A stretch of 64,000 nucleotides of DNA from the human T2T-CHM13v2.0 reference genome, Homo sapiens: assembly GCF_009914755.1 (NCBI RefSeq), contig NC_060929.1; one strand, written 5' to 3'. Shown in pieces: positions 1-11,217 of this stretch. The notes under the pieces were generated by a model. It searched no databases, had not been told where the DNA came from, and saw only the letters and a program-made list of their open reading frames with translations. The position numbers and the translations under genes were made by a program. Every line of letters starts with the position of its first letter. The stretch's first letter is position 1.

Positions 1-665
1 AGAGGAAGGGTGAGACTGAGGAGGGAGAGAGATTCCCAAAGTAGGGAAGAATTTCATTCTGCAATAAAAGATTTTAAAATTAAAGGTAAACACCTGGCTG
101 AGTAACCTAGTTAAGGGACTTCCAGGAGACAGCAGAGCAACACATTTTTGTGTAAATAAACTATTTGCAGAGCCTCCCTTGGTTTGGAGAGTGTGGAAAG
201 CTGAAGACAAAATGAGAAACACCCTCATGAAAAGGAATAATGTCTACAAATGGTGGGGGAAGAGTCCTTTAGGGCTCTTTTTTTCCCCAGCTTACTCAGG
301 ACAAAATGTAATAACGACAGCAGAGGAGGGTGTATCATATAACTAACGAGGCCTAAGTTTCAGGTTTCCTGAATTGCACCAGCTCCTTTCAAGGCTCTCT
401 AGCTAATTTTATATTTCTATATGTTTTCTTTTTCTTAAGGAAGGCCTCCCAGATTAAATAAATTTCAGTGGGCAAAATATGGTTTGGCCCCTGAGTGTGC
501 CAGGTAGAGATTCTGTAGCAGAGTTACACAGGTAGGCCACTCTGATGTGAGTCATGGATGAAATGCTTAAATGTGCTTCTTTTACTTTGATGTGCAAGAA
601 GGACCATATGTATTTTTTATAAATCAACCTGATTTCCATTTGGAAGCCCCACTCTGCTAGGTGGT

Positions 666-699
666 ACACACACACACATGCACATGCACACACACACAC
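666..699. repeat. Imperfect (CA)n microsatellite
   Basis: acacacacacacatgcacatgcacacacacacac read directly. Confidence 0.9.
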
Positions 700-1449
700 C
701 ACTCCCAGGATGGCTGCTCTGCCCATGCTTGAGACTCAGCAATTGCTGCTGGCACTGAGAACTCCAGAGCATGTGTCCTCGTCTCTTCCAGCACAGCATG
801 CAACCATCTCCTTTGAGCATTAGCTGCTTCCTTGAGCTCTTAGAATGAAAGGCACATTCTCTGCTTGACATTCATAAACCTCTTCTGCTATGGGAGAATA
901 ATCTCCTCTTCTCTAACAGTATCCTCCAAGTCACTCGCCTCTTCTGTCAACCTTATCCTCTTTCTTATTCTTTTACGATAATCTTTTGGTGTATTATCCC
1001 ATAGTATGATGATTAACAAATCAAATATTGGTTTGTCTTTCCATGTGGCAGAAGGCCCTGATCAGCAAACTCTCCCCAAAAGAGAGGAGACTTTACATTA
1101 AGTTCTTTTAGTGCAGACAAAAAAGAGAGGGGAAAGCAAACAGTATGATAGTTCCATAAGATAGAATGATTATTTTTAAAAGGCCACACGTCATCGTTTG
1201 TAGCTAATCTTGCCTCATCAGTTCTCCAACCACTGGGAGAAAAGGCTGTTTTAAGGCAGAAGAGAAAGCCTCTGATGAATTTAGATGGTGTGGGGGGATA
1301 TTGCAATGGAAGACTACAGTTCACACAAAAGGAAGTGCTCATTTCTAGGCTTGATCCTGGGGCCAGTGAAAAACTCTCTAAGGGAGTATTCCCCTTGCTA
1401 TATATGGTTGGCCCAAATATAAACCAGGCTTGTTTTTCAGCTTCATACT

Positions 1450-1670
1450 TAGTGAGTCAATATTTGCAAAAATGCTGCAAATATCACCTTATGGAAATGT
1501 TATTACAGTGTTCTTGTGGTTTACTTTTATTGTTTGCTTGTTGTTTTTCTACTCCAAGTTTATTATAAGGCCTCTTTCAGGCAGTTTTTCAGCCTAATGT
1601 AGAATGGTATGGTTCAGTGCATAAACAGCCATACACACCCTCTCATGTCCAGAATTGATCAAGTAAACTC
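1450..1670. promoter_or_regulatory. Candidate enhancer: cluster of forkhead-type, AP-1 and C/EBP-like motifs in non-repeat DNA
   Basis: TGAGTCA (1453-1459) overlaps GTCAATA, TATTTGC and TTGCAAAA (1456-1471). Further TGCAAATA, TGTTTGC, ATAAACA and AAGTAAAC lie within ~200 bp. Motif matches only. Confidence 0.25.
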
Positions 1671-2629
1671 TGACTTCTCATTTCCTTAGACAGGATTGCC
1701 CCAGTCCCAAAGGGAAGGAAAGCTGGCACAGTAGGTATTTACCCAGTGTGGTATGCAGGGGTAGTGCAACCATACTGTGCAAAGGCCCCAGCACAAAAAA
1801 GAAAAGTGCACTCTTTCTACAAATTGGGGCCAGTTCTCTGTTGTTTCTGTTCTGTTTGTTTTTGGCGCAGTTTCCTGATTCAGATGAATCCATTTTGCAT
1901 TAACAGAACAAACAAGTGCATAGAAGGGACTTGTGCTCAAAGATGTGATGTTTAGATTCAGTGATGAATTAAATCTTTTAGGGAAAATGAGCCTCTCTTA
2001 GGGTTCCTCCTGAGGGCTATATAAACTCTGTGATACTAATCTAGCAGGGTGTCTATACTCCTGAGGATTGATAGCTTCCTGTTCAGGTTTGTGTGCCACC
2101 AACTCGCCCAAACAACTCTCTTGCTAATAATGTTTTAGATTCCCCTAATAATACCCAGCTTAGGCCTGAGCATACCAGATAAATTGAAACAATAGTTATC
2201 AGTTGATTCTACCTCTCTATATTCAGCTTGTAACTAACACCCCAGAAGAGAAATTCCTCCTGCATTAACCTGCTGACACTGGCCACGATTTCAAGCATAC
2301 TTTGAGTTTTCTATCACTCTCATTGTTTTGTATCTCAGAAACCCACTGGTGCCTGTCTCTACATTTAATCATCTGACATTTGTAAGCCTTCAGTAATAGC
2401 ACCATCAAGTTTACCCAGGATGCTTACCATCAGTTACTCATCACAGTACACCTGCAGGGCAGGTAGCTGTTGGGACTGCATTTTATAGGACAGGAAACAT
2501 ACCCCAAATGATGACACACAGGGAATCTGAGGCAGCACCATGATCCAAATTCTAGATACTAAAGCTGTACCTGACCCAATACAGTAAATGCTAATGCGTT
2601 AGGTGGATTTTCATCACTGTATAGTTGAC

Positions 2630-2905
2630 CTGTTACTCAAAGCACTGCCTTCTCTGGAAAACCTTTTTCCAACCACTCCAGTCCACAGTTACTCTCTCTT
2701 GAAGCAACCTTCCCCAGCTCCTTCCCAAACTCCAGACATATTTTCTTTGTATATTATATTCATATTTAATCACATCCTCTCTGTATGGTCAATCGTTTTC
2801 AGGTTATATTACTTTCTTTCTGGAATATGATCTCCTCAAGGATACTTGGATTTGTATTCCTCCATCATTCCTAGCACTGTGCTTATTCCCAGATGGGCCT
2901 GAAAA
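2630..2905 (+). mobile_element. LINE-2 3' end remnant
   Basis: Degenerate L2 tail motifs (cttctctggaaaacctttt..., aatatgatctcctcaagg..., cctagcactgtgctt). Confidence 0.45.
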
Positions 2906-3444
2906 TGCACTCTCCCGTGGCCACTGCTGGCCTGGCTGGCTGCTGAAAACGATAAACTGAACTAGGATGTGCTTCTCAGCTTGACCCAAAAGGAACACAT
3001 AGACTACCCACTGCCAGGTACTGCCTCCCTGGTGGACTCCTCTGAACCAAGCAGGTAACAGGCATTGCCTCCCTGCAGTCCTTGCAGAAGTCTTGTACTG
3101 TAACATGCCCTCTTGGCCTCACAAGTTCATGTGTAAGCAGTTCATGAGCTAACCTTGAAGTGAGCACCCATGAATTGCCAGCTTGCCCTGGGGAGCTGGG
3201 CAGCAAAGACAGAGCTGAGTAAGGCTGGCCTCTGTGTTCAAACCAACAAGCTCAAGAGTGTCTAATTATTTCTAGAGACGCTGCTCTGCTGTGGCAGGTC
3301 TACACCTGTCTACTCAGCAAGCATCCCATTTAACTTGTACATGCAGGGAAAGCAAAAAGGCATGTTCACTTTTACAAAAGGTAAACATGTTCAAAGTAGA
3401 ACATTTGGGAAATAAGTCTATAAAATTATAAAGCTATCCATTTT

Positions 3445-3490
3445 ATATTTAGCCAAATATAAAATTGATATTTATCCAAATATAAAATTA
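3445..3490. repeat. 23-bp tandem duplication
   Basis: atatttagccaaatataaaattg / atatttatccaaatataaaatta. Confidence 0.85.
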
Positions 3491-3850
3491 CAACGCTATC
3501 TCTGGTTGTTTATCTCACCACGCAGAGATAAACAACATTAACATCTTGGTATATTCTTTCTAGCCTAATTTTTCTTTATAAAATATTTTTCTCACATAGC
3601 TGAAATTGTACAGTTTTATAACCTGATTTTTTTCACTTGACATTAGGATTTCACTTAGCATTTTCTCATGCTTCTGCTACTATATTGTTCATATGTCATG
3701 TTAATATTACTGGAGTGTGCTACTGAGAAACCTGTCCCAAATCATTCCACTGTAATTTTTTCAGGAAAGAGTCAAACCCTCTTCCTGCTGGAGAAAATAA
3801 ATGTCATTTCTCATGACAAACCTAAGGTTTTCAGCTATATAAAAATGGCC

Positions 3851-4300
3851 TGTGTGGCTGACTACTCATGCCCCACTCTTATTTCTCTGGATCTAATCAC
3901 TTGGAGAAATGGTAGACTTTTTTCTTGCCAGCTGACAGTTTCTCATCTAAAGCACCAAGACTTTCTTCTTCTCTGCCTTGGGGTTTTCTCCAAGATTCAA
4001 AGCCCCAGAAGCAATCTTCAACCAATGAGTGGAGAGTTGGTAGATAAGTACCCCATTTTCTTGAACCTCTTTGGCAAGGTTTGGAAGCCATTCTACTCAG
4101 TTACTCTAAGGTTCCTGGAAAGACCAATCCCCAGGTGCCCATTTGGGTGGAATTCACATACCATTGACATTTTCTCCTTTCCTGTCTCGCTGTTCCCACT
4201 TAGTCAGTGATGCACCCTGAGGCCCACTCCTGAATAACTACCCAAACTTGGCCTTGTTTCAGGTCTGTTTTGAGGGAGGATCAGACCCAAACAAAAACAG
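3851..4300 (+). mobile_element. Old ERVL-class solo LTR, LTR16-like
   Basis: Begins tgtgtggctgac. Contains caaccaatgagtggagagttggtagataagtacccc and ends caggtctgttttgaggga...acccaaacaaaaaca, resembling the LTR16 3' end. Confidence 0.55.
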
Positions 4301-4765
4301 TTACCTAAAAGCTTATCAAGAAAGAATGTAGAGGAGAAAAATATTGTTTCACATCTGGCCAATAAATTATTTACTACTACTAATCAGGTGCCCTATGTGG
4401 AAAATATAAGAGCTTACATCACTAACTTAGACTGTCTGAAACCTTCCTTTCTGAGCCATCCTTATTCCCTTCCAGGTCCTTTGAAAATTCTGTCCATAAT
4501 TTTACGCAAAAATAGAATGGTAGTTCCCATTTCTTTGGTGGTCATTCTTTAGAACACACTTATTGTTTGTCTTCAGAGCTATTTAGAAACAGCCCTGTCA
4601 CCTTCAGTGGCTGTTCTGTGAAGAATCTGGAGGCACACTAATTTGAAATGTCAGTGGATTTAAACAGATTGAAGTGTCTGTTAAATCCAACCAATAGGTT
4701 AATAGTCTTTGTTTATACAGCTGTGGTTTGATATAAACCTGCAGGAGCAGTTGAGTACCACATAA

Positions 4766-4911
4766 ATAACTTACTGAGGAGTGCTTAAGGCCAATTCATG
4801 AAGCAATAGATATTTCAAATAAATTAGAGAGCCAAAGAGTCTTTGAAACCTCAAACTGTTTACAAAAGAACTGAGACTTTGTCTTCCCTCACAAAATAAT
4901 GTGAACCCTTA
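4766..4911 (+). repeat. Donor copy of ~145-bp dispersed duplication (other copy at 8359-8503)
   Basis: Direct alignment by eye: 2 substitutions and one 1-bp indel. Confidence 0.95.
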
Positions 4912-5744
4912 CCACACTTCTGGACATTCTCTACTAAGAAGGATTTCATATCCCAATGATTTAAGAGCCCAGGGCCCTTCCCTATTGCCTTTTTCTTAGG
5001 ACCCTCGTTTCCTATACTAGTATGCCTTTTTCTCCTTCAGTACTTGCTTTTATGCTACTTGTTATTTAGAAACAGATCAAAATCTTTAGAGGCTAAGTTA
5101 CAGGACATCACCCATTCCTCACTGATACATAATTGAAAATCAACACAATTCTGAATCACAAAATAAGTATAAGAAAGACAACAAAGTTCTGATATTTCTT
5201 GTGATGAGTATTTTGATACTTTTTTGAAATATCAAATATATTTCAAAAATATTTCTTTTCTACTACCTTCTGCATGTGCTGAGTTTGCCTATTCAATAAC
5301 TTTGCCAGTGACACATCTGAGATTATGAATAAGTTTCCAATGTAGAATTATGAACTGAAAAGCTAACTGAAGTTCCAAGTCATATAATTAACTATACCTC
5401 ATATATATGCTAAGAGTCAAAGATTAGAAGCAAAGGCAGGTGGTGAATTGATTTAACAGGAAAGTGGGATGTCTTGTCAGGAATTGTAACTGTGATCAAA
5501 TGAGGGTGTTACCAGTGAAAAACAAATTAATCTCCACATCACCAAACAGGTATCCCCAGCAGCTTCTCTAATAGCTCCTGAAAACAAATTGACATTAAGA
5601 TAGCAAGCAGAAAGGTCTGGTAGCACAGCTAATTAATCAGCACTCACATTGGGTTTGTTTGAAAAAAATCTTAGCTTTGTTTGACATAGATGAACGGTAG
5701 CAGAACTTCCAAGTAATTTAAATGGATTAAGATAAAACACCCAA

Positions 5745-6190
5745 CCTTAGGGCTCTTTTAATTGACAAGGAGAGAAATCAAACTCAAATTATATCAAAGA
5801 ACAAAAGAGGGTAGAAGTTTATGGATCATGTATCTAGGAAGCCCAATGTCTTTGGGGAAGTCCAGGGACTTTAGGCAAGGCTGGATCCAGGGGCTCCAAC
5901 AGTGCCATCAGAGCAACATTTCTCTCTCTCCCTTCCTCCATTATGGGTGCTAGAGTTTATGAGTCATTCCACAGACTGAAGCCTCTTCTTCACAGTTCCA
6001 GTGAGACCCAGGACTTTCCCAACTGGGCAAAGATTGCACTACTTGCTCATCCCTTCATCTCAGACTCTTAGCCTGACAGTCATGCTCAGTCCTCAATCTG
6101 GAGGTCAGGCTGCCCATATACATATAACCAGAAATGAGAGAGGTATGGTTTCCCAAGAGATGCTGAGCAAGCAAGGAAAGATGTTCACTC
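5745..6190 (-). mobile_element. MaLR LTR (old MLT1 subfamily)
   Basis: ttagggctctttt...agaaatcaaactcaaa and ctttaggcaaggctggatccaggggctc are typical reverse-strand MLT1 motifs. Confidence 0.55.
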
Positions 6191-6558
6191 TGATGTCTTG
6201 CCCCTCATTTATATTATACATTGATTGAAGGAGCAACCATGTAATGCATTTTCATGCTCAAAGCAGCTATCATGGATCCTTCTCTCTAGTAGGTACCCAT
6301 CTCCACTTATTGACCAGTTGATTGACTGGTGTAGAACACTCAGCAACTAGTGGGTTTTCCTTTGAGCAAAACCCACACAATGGCACTTTGCAGCAAGAAC
6401 CCAGAATCTCACCAAGCGTAATTCTTACATACACAGGTTACTAACGAGTCTTTGTAGATGCCTGCCTATCTTGGAAAGGATTTTAACTTCAAACATAAAG
6501 CCGAAAGGCAGATCAGATGTGATAACTGACTCCATTTGCATACGGATGCCCAGCAATC

Positions 6559-6608
6559 CATTTTTGAGTGGTGAGCATTTTTGAGTGAGAGCATTTTTGA
6601 GTGGTGAA
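6559..6608. repeat. 3 x ~17-bp tandem repeat
   Basis: catttttgagtggtgag / catttttgagtgagag / catttttgagtggtgaa. Confidence 0.9.
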
Positions 6609-6719
6609 CTGTGGCTGGTCCTATATATAGGTAGTAGCAGCTACTTACATAATATTTTGACAACTCTCCCAAGCACTTTCAAGTCTCTAATTTCCCTGCC
6701 ACCCATCAATCAAAGCCTG

Positions 6720-7160
6720 TGTGGTAGGGTATTATAGAAAAAACATATTTTGGGAGACGAAGCAGGAAGATGGTTTGAGTCTAGGAGTTCAAAACCAGCA
6801 TAGGCAACATAGGGAGATCCCACCTCTACCAAAATAAAAGATTAGCTGGGTGTGGTGGTGCATGCCTGTGGTCCCAGCTACTCAGGAGACTGAAGTAGGA
6901 GGATCACTTGGGCCTGGGAGGTTGAGGCTGCAGTAGGCTGTGATTGCACCACTGCTCTCCAGCCTGAGCAACAGAATGAGACTCTGTCTCAAAAAAAGAA
7001 AAAGAAAAAACACTGGGTTGGGATGGGTTCTAGTGACCACCCTGCTATAAATGGGTTAATAAGATGTGTGATTTTGAGTAAGTCACTTTGTCCCTCTGAG
7101 TATCAGTGACCTCATCTATAAAGCAAGGAATTCATTCTCTTCAAGTTCTGGCATTCTGTA
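6720..7160 (+). mobile_element. MIR interrupted by an Alu
   Basis: MIR core tgtgattttgagtaagtcactt...ctctgagtatcagtgacctcatctataaa lies downstream of the Alu. Confidence 0.55.
6746..7010 (+). mobile_element. AluJ-type SINE, 5' truncated
   Basis: Dimeric Alu with J-type motifs (ggaggatcacttg, gaggttgaggctgcagt), A tail and TSD agaaaaaaca. Confidence 0.9.
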
Positions 7161-7174
7161 AGCTCTCCAGCAGA

Positions 7175-7356
7175 GTAGTAGCTCTCAACCTTGGCTTCAT
7201 GTTAGAGAAAGCTTGAGAGCTTTAAAAATAACGCTGATTTCTAGCCATAACCTGTACAAATTACATAAGAATTTCTGGTGGTGGGATCCAGGCATCCATA
7301 CATGTTTTAAATTTCTCCAGGTGATTCCAACGTGCAGCCAAGGTGAGAATCACTAT
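7175..7356. mobile_element. MER5A (hAT-Charlie) relic
   Basis: agctctcaaccttggc...gggatccaggcatc...ctccaggtgattccaacgtgcagccaaggtgagaatcact. Confidence 0.75.
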
Positions 7357-8358
7357 TGTGTTTCACTCCGTAATCTTCTAGAAGAGCAAACTGACAGAAT
7401 CAGAAAAGATCCCCAGCTAAATACTCCCCAATATCCTGTCTGCAGCCAATGTGGGCCTGCAGCTAGCAGCATCTGCCATCAGCATTTCACTTGCTGCATT
7501 AGAAATTATTTTCTTTTATTGATGCTCCCAGTGCCATCTGGCACTCAGCATATTCCAGGGAGAGCTTCCAGAATTAGGCCATCATTGTGGTTCGTGCTGG
7601 ATTCTTAGCAAAAATGGTTTACCTTAAACCATTTCAGCCAAAGTATATTTTTCACTATTAAGAGAATAGAAAACTTCAAGGTACACTATATTTTGCATAA
7701 TGACCTAGGAAATGAGACGCACCCAAGTGATAGCTTAACCTTTTCCCTCCTCTTATGTAATAACACATATTTTTGTTCAATTACATGAATCATCAAATTC
7801 ACTTTAACATCAGAATACATTGAAAAACAGGGGGAAGTATAATCCTTAGCAATGAGCTGCTTTTTAAAAGAAAAAAATCATAATTAGTTGAGCTTTCCAT
7901 AGCTTGATAATACTAACCAGCACTTAAGTCACTTTCAATGAGAGGTTGGTCTGTTTCATTGAACCTTTTTTCCTAGGGGAAAAAAAAATTTGCTATACAA
8001 TTTCATGAGTCACATCCATACCTCCTGCCACATAATCACATGTTCCATGCAAGCCTGTCTCCCACGTACAAGGGCTTGCTTTTCACCTTTGTTTGTTTCT
8101 TCTTGTCTCTGCTGTGTGAGCTCTGATGCCCTTTGAAAGTAGCAAGACAGAAATAACCTGGGTTGAAGTTTCAGAAAGTTACCTTGTCTTTATGAAGCTT
8201 TATTCACTTACAGGCTTCTAAAAATATATCCGACAGGATTCAAAAGCATAACATAAATGAAGTCAATGAAAAGATGAGCCCTCTTCACTCTTCACTTTTT
8301 TCCTAAGCCTTAAAACAAGCAAGCATTGTGGTGATTAAATAAAAATAAATGCCTCTTG

Positions 8359-8503
8359 ATAACTTACTGAGGAGTGCTTGAGGCCAATTCATGAAGCAAT
8401 AGATGTTTCAAATAAATTAGAGAGCCAAAGAGTCTTTGAAACCTCAAACTGTTTACAAAAGAACTGAGACTTTGTCTTCCCTCACAAAATAATGTGAACC
8501 TTA
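8359..8503 (+). repeat. Inserted copy of 4766-4911, flanked by duplicated target sequence
   Basis: Near-identical to 4766-4911, with cctcttgataa at 8352-8362 and again at 8512-8522. Confidence 0.95.
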
Positions 8504-9279
8504 TTGATAAACCTCTTGATAAACCATGTTAGCCTCATTTTTCTTCAGAGAGGCTCAAACTCATGACATTTCCCTCTTTGTGTAGGGAGGTCCCTGAATG
8601 TAAAAGGGGTCTTGTGCCTGATTTATATGGCTTCAAATCCAGTAAACCATACACATTATTGTAGATTGCAATTCTATGGGTATGCTCAAAATTTATGGTT
8701 CTGCAAAAACCCTCCCCATAGTGATTTCCCACAGTCATTTGGACTTTGGCTTCTCTTAATTAATCACACGAATAACACCAGACTCCCATTCTCCCATGGC
8801 AACACTTACATGCGGTTAAGTAGAAGTCACCCCTTTTGAAGGAGTTAGTTCACCTTTCTCTCTGCCACTACTTCACTCTCTTATGTCACCATTTCTTCTT
8901 TGGGGTATTATATTTAGGAAAGCCTCCTCTGCTCTCAGGTTTCCTGAAACCTTCTGGGAGTTTTAAGGGTCTTGTATTAGTTAGGGTTTTCTAGAGCAAC
9001 AGAACCAATAGGATAGATTAAAATATAGATGTATATATATATATTCTATATGTACACACGTATATGTACACATACATATATGCATATATACACACACATG
9101 GGGAATGGCGAGGAGAGAGAATGATGTCAAGAAATAAGCTTTTGCAACTGTAGAGACCGGCAAGTTCAAAATATGTAGGGCAGGCTGGCATTTCAGGTAA
9201 GAGTTGAGCTTGCAGTCCTGAGTCTGCAGGTTAGGAACTAAGGCAGAGTTTCTATGTTAGTCTTTAGACAGGATTCCTT

Positions 9280-10172
9280 GGACATGAACAGACACTTCTC
9301 AAAAGAAGACATTTATGCAGCCAAAAAACATGTGAAAAAATGCTCACCATCACTGGCCATCAGAGAAATGCAAATCAAAACCACAATGAGATACTATCTC
9401 ACGCCAGTTAGAATGGCAATCATTAAAAAGTCAGGAAAAAACAGGTGCTGGAGAGGATGTGGAGAAACAGGAACACTTTTACACTGTTGGTGGGACTGTA
9501 AACTAGTTCAACCATTGTGGAAGTCAGTGTGGCGATTCCTCAGGGATCTAGAACTAGAAATACCATTTGACCCAGCCACCCCATTACTGGGTATATACCC
9601 AAAGGAATATAAATCATGCTGCTATAAAGACACATGCACACGTATGCTTATTGTGGCATTATTCACAATAGCAAAGACTTGGAACCAACCCAAATGTCCA
9701 ACAATGATAGACTGGATTAAGAAAATGTGGCACATATACACCATGGAATACTATGCAGCCATAAAAAATGATGAGTTCATGTCCTTTGTAGGGACATGGA
9801 TGAAATTGGAAATCATCATTCTCAGTAAACTATCACAAGGACAAAAAACCAAACACCACATGTTCTCACTCACAGGTGGGAATTGAACAATGAGAACACA
9901 TGGACACAGGAAGGGGAACATCACACTCTGGGACTGTTGTGGGGTGGCGGGAGGGGGGAGGGATAGCATTAGGAGATATACCTAATGCTAAATGACGACT
10001 TAATGGGTGCAGTACACCAGCATGGCACATGTATACATGTGTAACTAACCTGCAAATTGTGCACATGTACCCTAAAACTTAAAGTATAATAATAATAAAG
10101 TAAAATTAAATAAATAAATAAATAAATACAAAGACAGCTAAAACCAGCCAATATAGGGGGAAAAAAAAAAAA
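9280..10172 (+). mobile_element. 5'-truncated young L1 (L1PA3-like), ORF2 C-terminus plus 3'UTR, with a 3' extension
   Basis: ORF 9254-9886 encodes the L1 ORF2p cysteine-rich C-terminus (CWRGCGE..CWWDC..HMFSL.GGN). Young 3'UTR motifs and an A-rich tail follow. Confidence 0.95.
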
Positions 10173-10237
10173 GAAACTTCAGTATCTGCTTTTGAGGCCT
10201 TCAACTGATTGGATAAGGCCCATGCACATTATTATTC

Positions 10238-11132
10238 TGTAGTGGGTGCTAATAACTTTATGTTGCCTTGGCATCTATTTTTAAATATAAGTTTAACTTT
10301 CTCATACCAAAAGCAGGCCTCAGTCACCGCTGATGTAGTTTCCAATACTATATCCCACCCAAACATTTCTAGCCAGCGGTCAGAGATAGAATTCAGGGGT
10401 ATCTCTCCTGCCTAGCAGGCTGGGTTTCCTGCTTTCCCACTGCTTCCTGTAAACAGACCAATTAAATATTTGTCCATGAACTTAAAGTGACCACCGCCCA
10501 GTCACACTGTAGAACTAGTGCCTGTTTTCTGTAAACCCACCAGTTAAAGCTCCCCACAGGAAACCTTTTTGAATAATGCCCTGGACCCAATAAAGGCATT
10601 GGCCCACTGGTTCCTTCACTCTCTCTGTCTCTTTGTCTTTTCTCCCTGACCTCCATGTGTGTGTGGCCTCCACATATGCTGTATATTCTCCAGGGTCTGT
10701 AAGTACTAAAAACTTTACAACTGGCCAGGCACGGTGGCTCACTCCTGTAATCCCAGCACTTTGACGCCGAGGCAGGTGGATCACTTGAGGTCAGGAGACT
10801 AGCCTGGCCATCATGGTGAAACCCCATCTCTACTAAAAATACAAAAATTAGCCTGGAGGGAACCTGGGAGGCAGAGGTTGCAGTGAGCCAAGATTCCACC
10901 ACTGCACTCCAGCCTGGACTATGAAGCGAGACTCTGTCTCAAAAATCAATCAATCAATCAAATAAAACTTACACATGATTGTTTTGTCATTGAAGCTGTG
11001 CCTACAATCAAACCCCTGATGGCAAGGCTGCCTGAAAGGGACCCATGCAAGTAGATTCCCTCCTGGTGCTCTTTTGTCTGGACCTCTCAGTTGCTGGGGA
11101 CAGTAAATAGCAACTAACTTGGTAGAGTTTCA
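10238..11132 (+). mobile_element. ERVL-class solo LTR (MER54/MER73/LTR47 group), interrupted by an Alu
   Basis: TG...CA termini, 5' motif atgttgccttggcatct...agtttaactttctcatacca, internal AATAAA. Subfamily uncertain. Confidence 0.55.
10723..10963 (+). mobile_element. AluS-type SINE with internal deletions
   Basis: ggccaggcacggtggctc start; right arm lacks ~55-60 bp; (TCAA)n tail; approximate TSD aaaactt(t)aca. Confidence 0.9.
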
Positions 11133-11217
11133 TTCCAAACAGATTAGTCTGCCTTAATAAAAGTCTCCCGAGTATAAATGTTAACCACATTTTTAAAGTA
11201 CTTTTACAGCAACATCT

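Larger units (their letters stand above)
8973..11217 (-). mobile_element. MLT2 (ERVL) LTR, MLT2D-like, split into three pieces (8973-9279, 10173-10237, ~11133-11217)
   Basis: tgtattagttagggttttctagagcaacagaaccaatagga plus internal TA/CA microsatellite. Resumes with gaggccttcaactgattggataaggccca after the L1, and with aaatgttaaccacat...cagcaacatcta after the second LTR. Confidence 0.75.

Noticed and set aside
3668-4210. 180-aa ORF on + strand
   Set aside because: Mostly overlaps an LTR16-like relic, has no recognisable domain and has low-information composition.
6559-6608. Short direct repeats as a CRISPR-like array
   Set aside because: Units are contiguous with no spacers, in a eukaryotic context; this is a simple tandem triplication.
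9254-9886. 210-aa ORF as a host gene
   Set aside because: It is the L1 ORF2p C-terminus of a truncated L1, with a chance upstream ATG in the MLT2 flank.
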